Shown piece by piece: positions 9,332-18,380 of a stretch of DNA of 64,000 nucleotides. Source of the stretch: Nanobdellota archaeon (GTDB taxonomy: Archaea > Nanobdellota > Nanobdellia > Woesearchaeales > JAGLGH01); the NCBI GenBank assembly GCA_034723595.1, contig JAYEPB010000078.1, positions 9,592 to 73,591 of the forward strand, written 5' to 3'. The translations under genes and the position numbers were made by a program. The notes beneath the pieces are model-generated. The model did no database searches. It saw nothing but the letters and a program-made list of their open reading frames with translations, and was not told the origin of the DNA. How positions within the stretch are numbered: the stretch's first letter is position 1; each line of letters begins with the position of its first letter.

Positions 9332-10027
9332 TTATTTTTTTAAAAATTTTATTCCAATCTGTTCTTCAATCTTTTTCCAGTTATAAATCAAAGCATCCTC
9401 ACACATATTGCATAACTTCAAAGTATCAGGATAATAATTAAATACACAACTATGTGTTACATTATAGGCTTTAGCAAGCTTCTTAGAACCATTTATTGCA
9501 TCCCCATGATGTTCTCCCAGTCCTAAAAGATGAACTGCTTCGTGTTTTGCAATTTTCTTTATAAAATCTCTTGCAGATTGTCTCTCTTTTGGAAGGTACA
9601 TATAAATAATTCCACTTCCAAATGCACCAAATCCCCAATCATAGTTATTATATGGGGCTTTTTGATCAATTATAATAACAGATGCATGAAAGTTACTGGT
9701 TCTGTTTTTATTCATATAAACTTCATCAGCAGAATAACTAATAGATTCAAAAAGATTACCCCCACATCTTAAATTATTTACAGCAGTTTCAACAGAATTA
9801 TCTACATAAGAATTCTTTACTTTAAAATCCATATTGAGTTCGTGAATTAATTCAAATAAGCCTTGTTTAACTGGTTCAACACAATAATCTGGAACATTTG
9901 AATAATTAAAGATTCCAATCTCCTTGCTCATAATCCAAGCAGGAAGTCTACTAAGTCTAATGTCAAGATAATTCATATACCTCCATTTCTGTTTGTAGAT
10001 TTCAGATTCATCCTTGTTATTTATCAT
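9332..10027 (-). CDS. Zinc metalloprotease (archaemetzincin/M54-like)
   Basis: HEAVHLLGLGEH zincin motif followed by C-x9-LC-x2-C. Confidence 0.75.
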   Translation of the reverse strand: MINNKDESEIYKQKWRYMNYLDIRLSRLPAWIMSKEIGIFNYSNVPDYCVEPVKQGLFELIHELNMDFKVKNSYVDNSVETAVNNLRCGGNLFESISYSADEVYMNKNRTSNFHASVIIIDQKAPYNNYDWGFGAFGSGIIYMYLPKERQSARDFIKKIAKHEAVHLLGLGEHHGDAINGSKKLAKAYNVTHSCVFNYYPDTLKLCNMCEDALIYNWKKIEEQIGIKFLKK

Positions 10028-10076
10028 TTTAAAAATTATAAATCAGTTCCTTTTAATATATTTACCTCAAATTTTC

Positions 10077-10214
10077 TCGCAAATTTTCCGAATCCAAAGT
10101 TCTTCCGATATCGTCGGAAAATCGAGTGTTTTTTTACCGTAATCTATTTTAAAGGAAGTAGGTTTTGGATGATTAACAAAAATCCCAACAAAAGTTGGGG
10201 AGGAAAATAAAATG
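10077..10214 (+). repeat. Duplicated promoter/5'UTR, copy 2 (138 bp), upstream of the Ubl operon
   Basis: Palindrome TTCCGAT-ATC-GTCGGAA at 10103-10119; TTTTAAAG at 10147-10154; hairpin 10184-10199 abutting GGAGG. Confidence 0.9.
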
Positions 10215-10637
10215 ACAAAACCATTTGTAGCAATGTTGGGTGATGACTCAAATAGAAATAAAGATATGAGACTTGTAAAAACAGTAGATGAATCTTATCT
10301 AAATGAAAATTTTGGAACATTATTGGATTATATTCTTAATCCAGGAGTTGATGAATTAAATTCAGGATATAATGATGATGAGACAAATTTTGCACAAACC
10401 TGGAAAGATCTTTATGATCAGAGCAAAAGCGAACCTAAAATTGAGATTGGTCTCTGCGCAATAGATAGAAATAAGCAATTTGTTCCATGTCCACTTCATA
10501 AGGTTCTTGGAGATTATAGTGATAGGTTTATAAAACCGATGAATGAGATTGGTGAAGATGGAAATGAATATAAGTATAATGGAATTGAATTGATTATAGC
10601 TGATCTTAGTGAAGGAGGATCAATGAGGTATTTGTAA
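10212..10637 (+). CDS. Putative divergent ubiquitin-like (beta-grasp) protein with GG plus a 5-aa extension
   Basis: C-terminus IELIIADLSEGG-SMRYL; KVLGDY resembles ubiquitin RTLSDY; first gene of the E2/E1/JAB operon. Confidence 0.65.
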   Translation: MTKPFVAMLGDDSNRNKDMRLVKTVDESYLNENFGTLLDYILNPGVDELNSGYNDDETNFAQTWKDLYDQSKSEPKIEIGLCAIDRNKQFVPCPLHKVLGDYSDRFIKPMNEIGEDGNEYKYNGIELIIADLSEGGSMRYL

Positions 10638-12103
10638 TGATATCTCAAATTCCTAAAGTATTTCTTGAAAATTTTAGAGAAAGTGATGAGTCATTCCTTA
10701 TACATCAAGGAATGATTTACACTTTACATTGTCCAACCAGTCAAAATAGTCTAAATAAATTATTCTATGCAAATAGAGATTTTAATCTATTCCAATCTGA
10801 AGATATTGACACATTACAGGAAGAATATCTTAATCATAGTAGGGATTCTATTGAGAACTTAGTAAGTGATTATATTCAGCATAATTATATTGAAAAACTT
10901 GAAAGATTAAAAATCAACATAGATTCTCAAAAGAATCTATTCCAAGAAACACAAAACAATTCAATTGAAAAATTAATTGTATTAGATATCTTTGATAAAT
11001 TTTGTAATCTCTGTAATGTCTCTAATTCTAATGGAAATAAGAATAACAAATCCAAAACTGTAGCTTCAAATTTAAAATTATCTGCAATCAATAAAACAAT
11101 GGGATTATCATCGTCATTAGATTATGCTGCTTTTGGGAAAACACCTTTTGCCAGATACCTAAATTCTATTTCTATGATGGTTCTTGGTCAAAGGGCTTAT
11201 TCCCTAAGGAAAGAAAATTCTATAACAAATAATTATGTCCAAATAAAAAATCATAAATATAAGATTTGTGAGTCCCAAACATTTGATAGATTTATTTTAG
11301 ATTACAAAAAGATTATCTCAAAGAGCATAACATCTGTGATTCAAAAGGAATCTAGTAACTATATAAATCAATTAAGCGAATTTAAAAAAGCGAAAACTGA
11401 ACTTGATATACTAATTAATCAAGAAAATCAGTTTAATGAATTAAAAGAAAGGGAAAGACGAGCAGAGATGTTCAATTGCACAATTGGGTTTAAGGCTCGA
11501 GGGAAAAATAATTCTCAGGATATATATGATATTTATATTAAATTAGATCCATATATCATGAAGAAAGATGATAATTATTATCAGTTTGATACTGTTAAGA
11601 TAGGTACTTCTCTAGCAGTATCTAGGAATCAAATTAAAATTACTAATAAACCAGAAGTTCTTACAAAAGAATATCACCACCCTTTTGTATGGGATTGGTT
11701 GAAAATTTGTGATAAGGGTTATAAAAAAGATAGATATGAAAGAGAGGGTGTTAATTTTGAAAATTTTAATGTTGATTATCTGGATGGTTTTGCGAGAAAT
11801 GTCGCAGTAGCTTTGAATGTTGCAAAAAAGATAATTGAGTATGGGTATAATGGGTCAAGAGTTTCTCCCGTCAAAAAGCTTAGTCCTTCAAAATTCCCAG
11901 AAGAATACATAAGGGGAGGTAAATCAGCAGCTTTGTCTACAGGTATAAGGATTGTTGATAATGATCTTTGGAAGGAAAATATTAACCCAAAAAAAAGCAA
12001 TATCAGATCAATTACGAGGATTAATACAGATAATCTTGAGAGTTATATGGTAAACTATCTCCAAAACAATCAGAATAATCTAATCTATTCTGAGGGGATG
12101 TGA
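10637..12103 (+). CDS. Putative E2/UBC-like conjugating protein with repeated N-terminal domains and coiled coil
   Basis: KPEVLTKEYHHPFVWDWLKIC has the same His-to-Cys spacing (10) as UBC HPNI......C; TAATG coupling to the Ubl gene. Confidence 0.65.
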   Translation: MISQIPKVFLENFRESDESFLIHQGMIYTLHCPTSQNSLNKLFYANRDFNLFQSEDIDTLQEEYLNHSRDSIENLVSDYIQHNYIEKLERLKINIDSQKNLFQETQNNSIEKLIVLDIFDKFCNLCNVSNSNGNKNNKSKTVASNLKLSAINKTMGLSSSLDYAAFGKTPFARYLNSISMMVLGQRAYSLRKENSITNNYVQIKNHKYKICESQTFDRFILDYKKIISKSITSVIQKESSNYINQLSEFKKAKTELDILINQENQFNELKERERRAEMFNCTIGFKARGKNNSQDIYDIYIKLDPYIMKKDDNYYQFDTVKIGTSLAVSRNQIKITNKPEVLTKEYHHPFVWDWLKICDKGYKKDRYEREGVNFENFNVDYLDGFARNVAVALNVAKKIIEYGYNGSRVSPVKKLSPSKFPEEYIRGGKSAALSTGIRIVDNDLWKENINPKKSNIRSITRINTDNLESYMVNYLQNNQNNLIYSEGM

Positions 12104-13581
12104 AAAAAATGATTTCATATATTCAGGATGATAGGCAAGTAAGAATTGATGGGTGGGGGCAAGATGGTCAGGAAAAAATAAGAAAAAGTAAACCATTAGT
12201 TCTAGGGTCAGATGTTCTTTCCCAAATGTTGTTAGTAAATTTGGCAGGACTTGGAGTAGGCAATATTATGCTTATGGATAATCAGAGAATAGGCAGAGAA
12301 GATAGATCTAACTTTCTTTATAAAAAAGAATATCAAAATGACATTTTTATAGGAAATAAGCGTGGAAAACAAATAAAAAAGATAGTAGAAAAAATAAATG
12401 ATAATATATCATTAATGTATAGACATTCTAAATTTCGGGAAGCATGGTTATATGATTTCAAGCCTTCAATAATATTTGATACTACAAATAATGTTATATC
12501 AAAAAGAGAAGCATTGTCATATAGCCTAAAATATGATATTCCCTTTATCAATATATGCGCTGATGAAAATAAAGCAATAATTACTGAATTTAATCCAAAA
12601 GATAGATGCAAAAAAGATAATGACCTTTTAGAATCTATAATCCTCAAGGAATTCTGCGATACAGAACAAGGACCAATTCCTTGCGGGGTTATAGCAGGTC
12701 TTGCAGCAGAAGAATTAAGAAAGCATGCAATAAATCTGAATAATAAAGAATCTGATAATCCTCTTAAATCTGGAGAAAGAATAATATATAATTTATATTC
12801 AGATTCTAGAGTTTCATTAGATTCAGAAGTTAATTCAAATCCATTCAGCTATCCTAGAGATGTTAAAGCTCTTTTGATTGGGGCAGGTGCTATCGGTAAT
12901 TATGTTGCATTAAATCTCTCACTTATTGGCGTAGGGAAGATTGATGTTCTTGATGGAGATGTAATTAAAGATCATAATCTAAATAGGCAGTTTGCATTCT
13001 ATGATAGAATAAAAAAAGATAAGGCAAAAGTGTTGAGTGAAAGAATAAAAGAATTCAACCCAGCTATCAAATCAGATTATTTTATAAAGATGCTTGATTC
13101 AGGGGATGGCGATATTTTTTCAAAGAACAATCCTGATGAAAAATACGATTTAGTATTTGGTTGTGTAGATAATCTTGAAGCAAGGAAACTTATTAATCAA
13201 TTTTGCGTGCGAAATTCCATTCCTTTAGTTGATGGAGCAACAGATGCTTTAAAAGGTCAAATAGCTGTTTATGACCCCAGAAAAAAAAGATGCTTGGATT
13301 GTCAATTTGATTATGATTATCGGATTGAACAGCGTAATGAAAGAAGGAAGAATTGGATTCAACAAAATGGCAATAGTTGTATTGACACAACAAACCCCAG
13401 TGTAGTTATCCCTAATATAATTATAGGAAGTGCTATGGTTGGAGAGGGATTGAGAGTTCTTTATGATAAATATAAACAAAAACCTCTAGAAGGATATTTT
13501 AAATATAATTCTAATGGGGGCGAGCGTATATCAAAAACAATGTTTAGAGGATATTTAAAAAATTGCGAGGCAGAAAAATGA
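12100..13581 (+). CDS. E1-like activating enzyme with two tandem ThiF/MoeB domains (inactive + active)
   Basis: Domain 1 DRQ..I.GWG..GQEKI with degenerate Gly loop; domain 2 GAGAIG, D.D.I...NLNRQF, CVDNLEAR, CLDC, candidate catalytic SC. Confidence 0.9.
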   Translation: MKKMISYIQDDRQVRIDGWGQDGQEKIRKSKPLVLGSDVLSQMLLVNLAGLGVGNIMLMDNQRIGREDRSNFLYKKEYQNDIFIGNKRGKQIKKIVEKINDNISLMYRHSKFREAWLYDFKPSIIFDTTNNVISKREALSYSLKYDIPFINICADENKAIITEFNPKDRCKKDNDLLESIILKEFCDTEQGPIPCGVIAGLAAEELRKHAINLNNKESDNPLKSGERIIYNLYSDSRVSLDSEVNSNPFSYPRDVKALLIGAGAIGNYVALNLSLIGVGKIDVLDGDVIKDHNLNRQFAFYDRIKKDKAKVLSERIKEFNPAIKSDYFIKMLDSGDGDIFSKNNPDEKYDLVFGCVDNLEARKLINQFCVRNSIPLVDGATDALKGQIAVYDPRKKRCLDCQFDYDYRIEQRNERRKNWIQQNGNSCIDTTNPSVVIPNIIIGSAMVGEGLRVLYDKYKQKPLEGYFKYNSNGGERISKTMFRGYLKNCEAEK

Positions 13582-14741
13582 TTTCAGAAAAATTCAAACA
13601 GTTTGTCGAAAATTTCGATGTAGAAGGATATATTAGAAGATTTGAAGAAAGTGATTATTATAAAGAAAAATTTGTGCCAAAGATAAATAATATGATCAAA
13701 TCTCATTATCAAAGAGAAATAAAAAAAAGAGTAGAAAACTATGAAGGGAATAATTATGTTTATCCTGAATTCAGTAAAGTTAAGATAACGCAAAAAGCTT
13801 TAGATAAAGGGAAGTATATATCAAAAAGAGTTTGTGAATTTGCGGATTCAGATTATGAAATATATATGTATATGATTGGTGATAACTCCAATAAAGAACC
13901 TATCGTAGATGATTTTTATATAGGCATTGATCAAACTGTAGAACCTGATTATTGTAAAATCAGCCCATTCGGTAAAATTCGTACTTCGTATGATATAACA
14001 GATAATTTAGAAAAAAGAATTTTGGGGTGGAGTCATTCTCATGGTTCAATAGACACATTCCATTCTCGTAAAGATAGAAAAAACCTTCAAAAATTTGTCG
14101 CATCATATGGACTTTCTAAAAAGATTGATCTTTTAGACGATGAAGAAGGCGATGACCAATTATTGCATGATGTTTATTATACACCTAGTTTGGTATTTAA
14201 CAAATATATGTGGGAAACTAATATTCTGCCTTTTGCAGGAGTAGCTTTAGATTATACAAAATTTGGTAATAAAAAAAATACGAAATTCCATCTTAATGAT
14301 GATGTGGAGATTGAAGTAATTAAGAGTGATCCATTAACTAAAAAAGAGATGGAAGATATAGATGAAATGATTCTGGATAGAGTTAATCTTAAAGGTTTAG
14401 GTAAACTTAGAGATATTTATGAAAAAAGAACACTTGAGCAAAACTCTCCTATGGATAATGATATATCCTCTATTTTAGAAGAGCATAGTCCTGATTATAA
14501 TTCTTTAGATAAAAGTAGTCTTATAGGTCTGATTAGGAAACAAGAATCAAAATATAAGAGTCTTTTTGAAAAGTATGGAACAATTGTTAAAGATTATAAC
14601 TATTTACAGGATAAATATCATGATTTAAAAAATAAAAATAGTTCATTGAGATCAATTGTTATGAAATGTAAAAAATATATCAAGAATCAGGTCAAACTAA
14701 AAGGAGTTAAGCACCAACGAGAAAATGTCAAAAATAATTGA
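13578..14741 (+). CDS. JAB/MPN+ (JAMM) metalloprotease with C-terminal coiled coil
   Basis: EIYMYMIG and GWSHSHGSIDTFHSRKD (HxH-x7-S-x2-D); ATGA overlap with the E1 stop. Confidence 0.9.
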   Translation: MISEKFKQFVENFDVEGYIRRFEESDYYKEKFVPKINNMIKSHYQREIKKRVENYEGNNYVYPEFSKVKITQKALDKGKYISKRVCEFADSDYEIYMYMIGDNSNKEPIVDDFYIGIDQTVEPDYCKISPFGKIRTSYDITDNLEKRILGWSHSHGSIDTFHSRKDRKNLQKFVASYGLSKKIDLLDDEEGDDQLLHDVYYTPSLVFNKYMWETNILPFAGVALDYTKFGNKKNTKFHLNDDVEIEVIKSDPLTKKEMEDIDEMILDRVNLKGLGKLRDIYEKRTLEQNSPMDNDISSILEEHSPDYNSLDKSSLIGLIRKQESKYKSLFEKYGTIVKDYNYLQDKYHDLKNKNSSLRSIVMKCKKYIKNQVKLKGVKHQRENVKNN

Positions 14742-14790
14742 TCTTGATGAGAGGGTATTGATGTTTTTTAATTAAAATGGGCAGTCCCTT

Positions 14791-16824
14791 ATGATAAGAA
14801 GAAAAATAGAACAAATATTAGCGAATGAAAATAAAAGAATTAATGTAAATAATGTTAATCAAAATAGTCTATCGAATAATCTTCTTGCAGTGTATTTTTT
14901 AGATAATATTCCTGATAAAAATCTTGCTATTGATGATTTGATTATTAATGATTTTTTGTATAAATTTATATCTTCTGAAGAGAAGAATAAGATTTATAAT
15001 CTTAATGAGGTAATCTCAAAATTATCAAAAGTAGATGAGAATCAAGTGAATAAATCAAAGAGTAAGAAAATCTTAATGATCCCTAAAATAAATATCCAAA
15101 TGACCTTAGCGATAGATTCTTATCTTGATTTGATTAAAAATGAAGAATCTTTGGAAATTATAACTGGATTAAAGTCAAAAGATGATTTAAAGGCATTACT
15201 GTTGATTGATAGAATTTCTGGTACTCAGAAGTATAGTGATTTAGAGTTTGTTATTGATAAAAAAGATTGCGTTGAGAAAAATGCGATTATAGCTGCAAAG
15301 TATTCAACAGAACTATCAGCCCTCTCAAAATCAGATTCTAACCTAAAATCTTCATATCAGATATTAAATAATCTTCCATCTGATTTTACTCTGACTGCTA
15401 TAAAACAAATCAAGAAGATAAATCAGGAAGTCACAGATTCCAGTATTGATTATAAAATAATATCAAAGAATCCAAAACTAATAAAAAAGATAAATGCCGT
15501 AAAAGGCAGGTATAATAATTTAAAGAGACGTACAAGCAGCTGGTTGGATAAAGAATTAAATATATACCTTGAAAAGGAATATAAAAAGATTAATTTCAAT
15601 ATATCCAGAATGACAGACCTGGATTTGGCTATTGAAAAGACAGATAATGCTTCCAGGCAGTTGAATAAGATTAAAAATAAATATAAAGCAGCAGGCATAA
15701 CTCCTGCTAAATTTAATAAGAAATATTCTCAGCTTTCTGCCCAGCAAAATAAGCTTAAAAGTTATAATGTATTAAAAAAGGGATTTGTGAAGAATTGCGC
15801 AATAATCAAAAGAGAAAGGCAGCTGATAGAAGATAAAGGGGTAGATGATATTGCTGATTTAGTATCATTAATAAATAAAGAAAAAAACATATTGAATAAT
15901 GCAGATATATCAGAAACAAAGTTTAGTGATTTAGATACTGCTAAGCAGGATTATATCAATGAATCAAAAAGGTTTAAAGATGCAGTAAATCTGGAGATCA
16001 GTTCAATCAAGCAATATTTGAATCATAGCTGTGATATATTGATTGAGAAGGCTGGTAAATATACTGGTCTATCTGGACTTTTTGGTGAGAGAGATAAAGA
16101 ATCATTGGTAGGGTTGAAAGATGAGGCAAAAAGCTTAGCTGATCAGATTTTATTGGTGAAAAAAGAGTTTGGGATACCTGATTATGTGATTCAGAAAAGC
16201 AATGAGCTTAGTAATTTAGTCGATAAACTTATTAAGAAAAATAAGTATACAATTTCTCAAAAGCTAAAGAGAGGTCTTAGTTATAAATATGCAGAAGCTG
16301 GATTGTTGGTTTCTAATTATCTCCCTTCAAAAGAGATTATTGGCGCAAGTGTTTTTTCTAGTTATCTAGAGAATGATAAATATAATATAATTCAAAAAGG
16401 CAATAAGACTATGAGTTTTGAGCAAAATTTGTCAAATCTTCCTCCTATAAATGATTTCAGCAGTGATTATATGGGTAGTTTAAAACAAAGTGACAATAAG
16501 ACTGCAAGAAAAACTTATGGTCTTGCATCAAGTCGCAAAGGGAAGAGACTAATCAATATCTTTGCCGCGGGATTAATATTCTCAATAACTTCTCTTGGGA
16601 TTTATGGGATTGTTAATCCTCAATCAACTTATGTATTGCAAAAGGAAGTAGAAACTATTGAAAAAACTGAAGATTATTCTAGCATCCATAAACCAGAACA
16701 TACAATATATGATTCTACAATTAGGGATATAGATAAGATTGTTGATAAAACGCAAAGAACATATGAATCAACAATAAGAGATTTAAAAAAGATGTTCAAT
16801 GGGAATCTTATAACACCAGATTAA
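14791..16824 (+). CDS. Large helical/coiled-coil protein with one C-proximal TM segment
   Basis: 677-aa Lys/Ile/Asn-rich ORF; hydrophobic LINIFAAGLIFSITSLGIYGIV. Confidence 0.7.
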   Translation: MIRRKIEQILANENKRINVNNVNQNSLSNNLLAVYFLDNIPDKNLAIDDLIINDFLYKFISSEEKNKIYNLNEVISKLSKVDENQVNKSKSKKILMIPKINIQMTLAIDSYLDLIKNEESLEIITGLKSKDDLKALLLIDRISGTQKYSDLEFVIDKKDCVEKNAIIAAKYSTELSALSKSDSNLKSSYQILNNLPSDFTLTAIKQIKKINQEVTDSSIDYKIISKNPKLIKKINAVKGRYNNLKRRTSSWLDKELNIYLEKEYKKINFNISRMTDLDLAIEKTDNASRQLNKIKNKYKAAGITPAKFNKKYSQLSAQQNKLKSYNVLKKGFVKNCAIIKRERQLIEDKGVDDIADLVSLINKEKNILNNADISETKFSDLDTAKQDYINESKRFKDAVNLEISSIKQYLNHSCDILIEKAGKYTGLSGLFGERDKESLVGLKDEAKSLADQILLVKKEFGIPDYVIQKSNELSNLVDKLIKKNKYTISQKLKRGLSYKYAEAGLLVSNYLPSKEIIGASVFSSYLENDKYNIIQKGNKTMSFEQNLSNLPPINDFSSDYMGSLKQSDNKTARKTYGLASSRKGKRLINIFAAGLIFSITSLGIYGIVNPQSTYVLQKEVETIEKTEDYSSIHKPEHTIYDSTIRDIDKIVDKTQRTYESTIRDLKKMFNGNLITPD

Positions 16825-17863
16825 TAGCCCAAACCAAGTATGCAGCATACAATCCAATCAGGAAATAGCCAGCTCTTCTGCCGATTTTCCATTTATGGGC
16901 AAGCAATAGGAAAAAGATTACAAAAACAGTAGCAAAAAGAAGTATTACTGAGCTGAAGATATTTGCAGTGCTCACAGGGATAGAAGATTTTGAGAGGGAT
17001 AATATCAAAACCCATGGCACGCCAAGACATATTAGAATATCAAAGATATTAGAGCCTATTGCATTGCTTATTGCCATGCCTCCTCTACCTTGCTTTGCAA
17101 CAATTACTGATGAGATTAGATCAGGGATAGAAGTGCCAGCAGCAAGGATTGTCAAGGCAATGATAACTTCTGGAATGCCAAGGATATGGGATATGTTAAT
17201 TGCGCTTTCAACTAATATCCAACTAAGACCTGCAATAACTGCAATTGATATGAGAAATACAAAATAATAATGTTTGGATGATGGGAAAAGTTTGTCTAAA
17301 AGAAGATCCAATGGTTTGGCAATCTTTTTCCATCTTTTGCCTTTACTCTCTTTTATCTTATTTTCTACTTTCTGGATTATATCATTATTTTTATATGGGA
17401 ATAGTTTTTTCCAGTTTATGACTGCAATAATATAGGTTATGTAGATGATTATGAATATCATAGCTTCGTTTAGGACTATCTGTCCATCTCTAAAAACAAA
17501 TAAGAGGATTATTATGGAAATTGAATAAAATAATGTATCTCTAATCACTGGCTGCCATGATAATACAGCTTTTCGAACAATAGCAGCAGCACCTATGATT
17601 ACCAGAATATTAAATAGAGCTGATCCAACAATCGTGCCTATGCCTATAGCTGCATGATCTCCAGGCTTAAGCAAAGCAAGAATTGCAACGAACAACTCAG
17701 GCGCGCTTGAACCTATTGCCATCAATGTAGCTCCAGCAGCATCAGATGATAGCTTAAGCTTTTTTGCTATCTTATCTAATGATCCAATAAAGTAGTTGTC
17801 GTATACTCTTGCAAGTAGGTAGAAAGAGATTAGTAGAGCAAAGATGAAGAGGATTATAGATAT
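16808..17863 (-). CDS. Na+/Ca2+ (cation:Ca) antiporter, YrbG/NCKX-like
   Basis: GSSAPEL and GTSIPDL alpha repeats, GSNIFD; frame extends upstream of 17725 to an ATA at 17863. Confidence 0.9.
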   Translation of the reverse strand: MSIILFIFALLISFYLLARVYDNYFIGSLDKIAKKLKLSSDAAGATLMAIGSSAPELFVAILALLKPGDHAAIGIGTIVGSALFNILVIIGAAAIVRKAVLSWQPVIRDTLFYSISIIILLFVFRDGQIVLNEAMIFIIIYITYIIAVINWKKLFPYKNNDIIQKVENKIKESKGKRWKKIAKPLDLLLDKLFPSSKHYYFVFLISIAVIAGLSWILVESAINISHILGIPEVIIALTILAAGTSIPDLISSVIVAKQGRGGMAISNAIGSNIFDILICLGVPWVLILSLSKSSIPVSTANIFSSVILLFATVFVIFFLLLAHKWKIGRRAGYFLIGLYAAYLVWAINLVL

Positions 17864-17912
17864 TTTAATGGGATTGTAAATAAAGATTTAAAAAACTTTG
17901 TAATATCTTAGA

Positions 17913-18380
17913 TTAATCTGTGAATGTAAAATCTTGAATATTATTTGATAAAAAATCTTCTCTTTTCATTTCTTCAATTATGTAAAATGTCTGCTTTTCT
18001 ATGATATCAAATCTTTCTTCCAATGCTTCTATAAACTCTTCAATCTCTTTTATATTAGTGAATACTGCTTCAATTAAGTAATCATAGCCACTGTTAATTT
18101 TAAACAATGAATTGATATTTGGGCATTTATTTAGATATTCCCCACATTCCTTTTTATTTTCCTTAGCAACTTTAAGTATGATTTTTGCTTGTGTATTGTA
18201 GCCAATCTTATTAAAATCTATTAGGCAGGTGTGCTTTACTATCAAATCATTCTCAAAACCCTTTAATTTATCAAATAATGTTGACACAGGCACCCCTGTT
18301 TTCCTTGACATTTTTGTCAAAGATTCCCTTGCGTTGTTTCTTAATCTTGATACGATTTCTATGTCTTTGTTTTTAACCAT
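17913..18380 (-). CDS. Lrp/AsnC-family transcriptional regulator
   Basis: NARESLTKMSRKTGVPVSTL HTH; INSGYDYLIE. Confidence 0.9.
   Translation of the reverse strand: MVKNKDIEIVSRLRNNARESLTKMSRKTGVPVSTLFDKLKGFENDLIVKHTCLIDFNKIGYNTQAKIILKVAKENKKECGEYLNKCPNINSLFKINSGYDYLIEAVFTNIKEIEEFIEALEERFDIIEKQTFYIIEEMKREDFLSNNIQDFTFTD

Noticed and set aside
12100..13581. ThiF/MoeB as a thiamine, molybdopterin or tRNA-thiolation enzyme
   Set aside because: No ThiS/MoaD-sized partner, ThiG, MoaE or rhodanese nearby; tandem domains and E2/JAB neighbours favour conjugation
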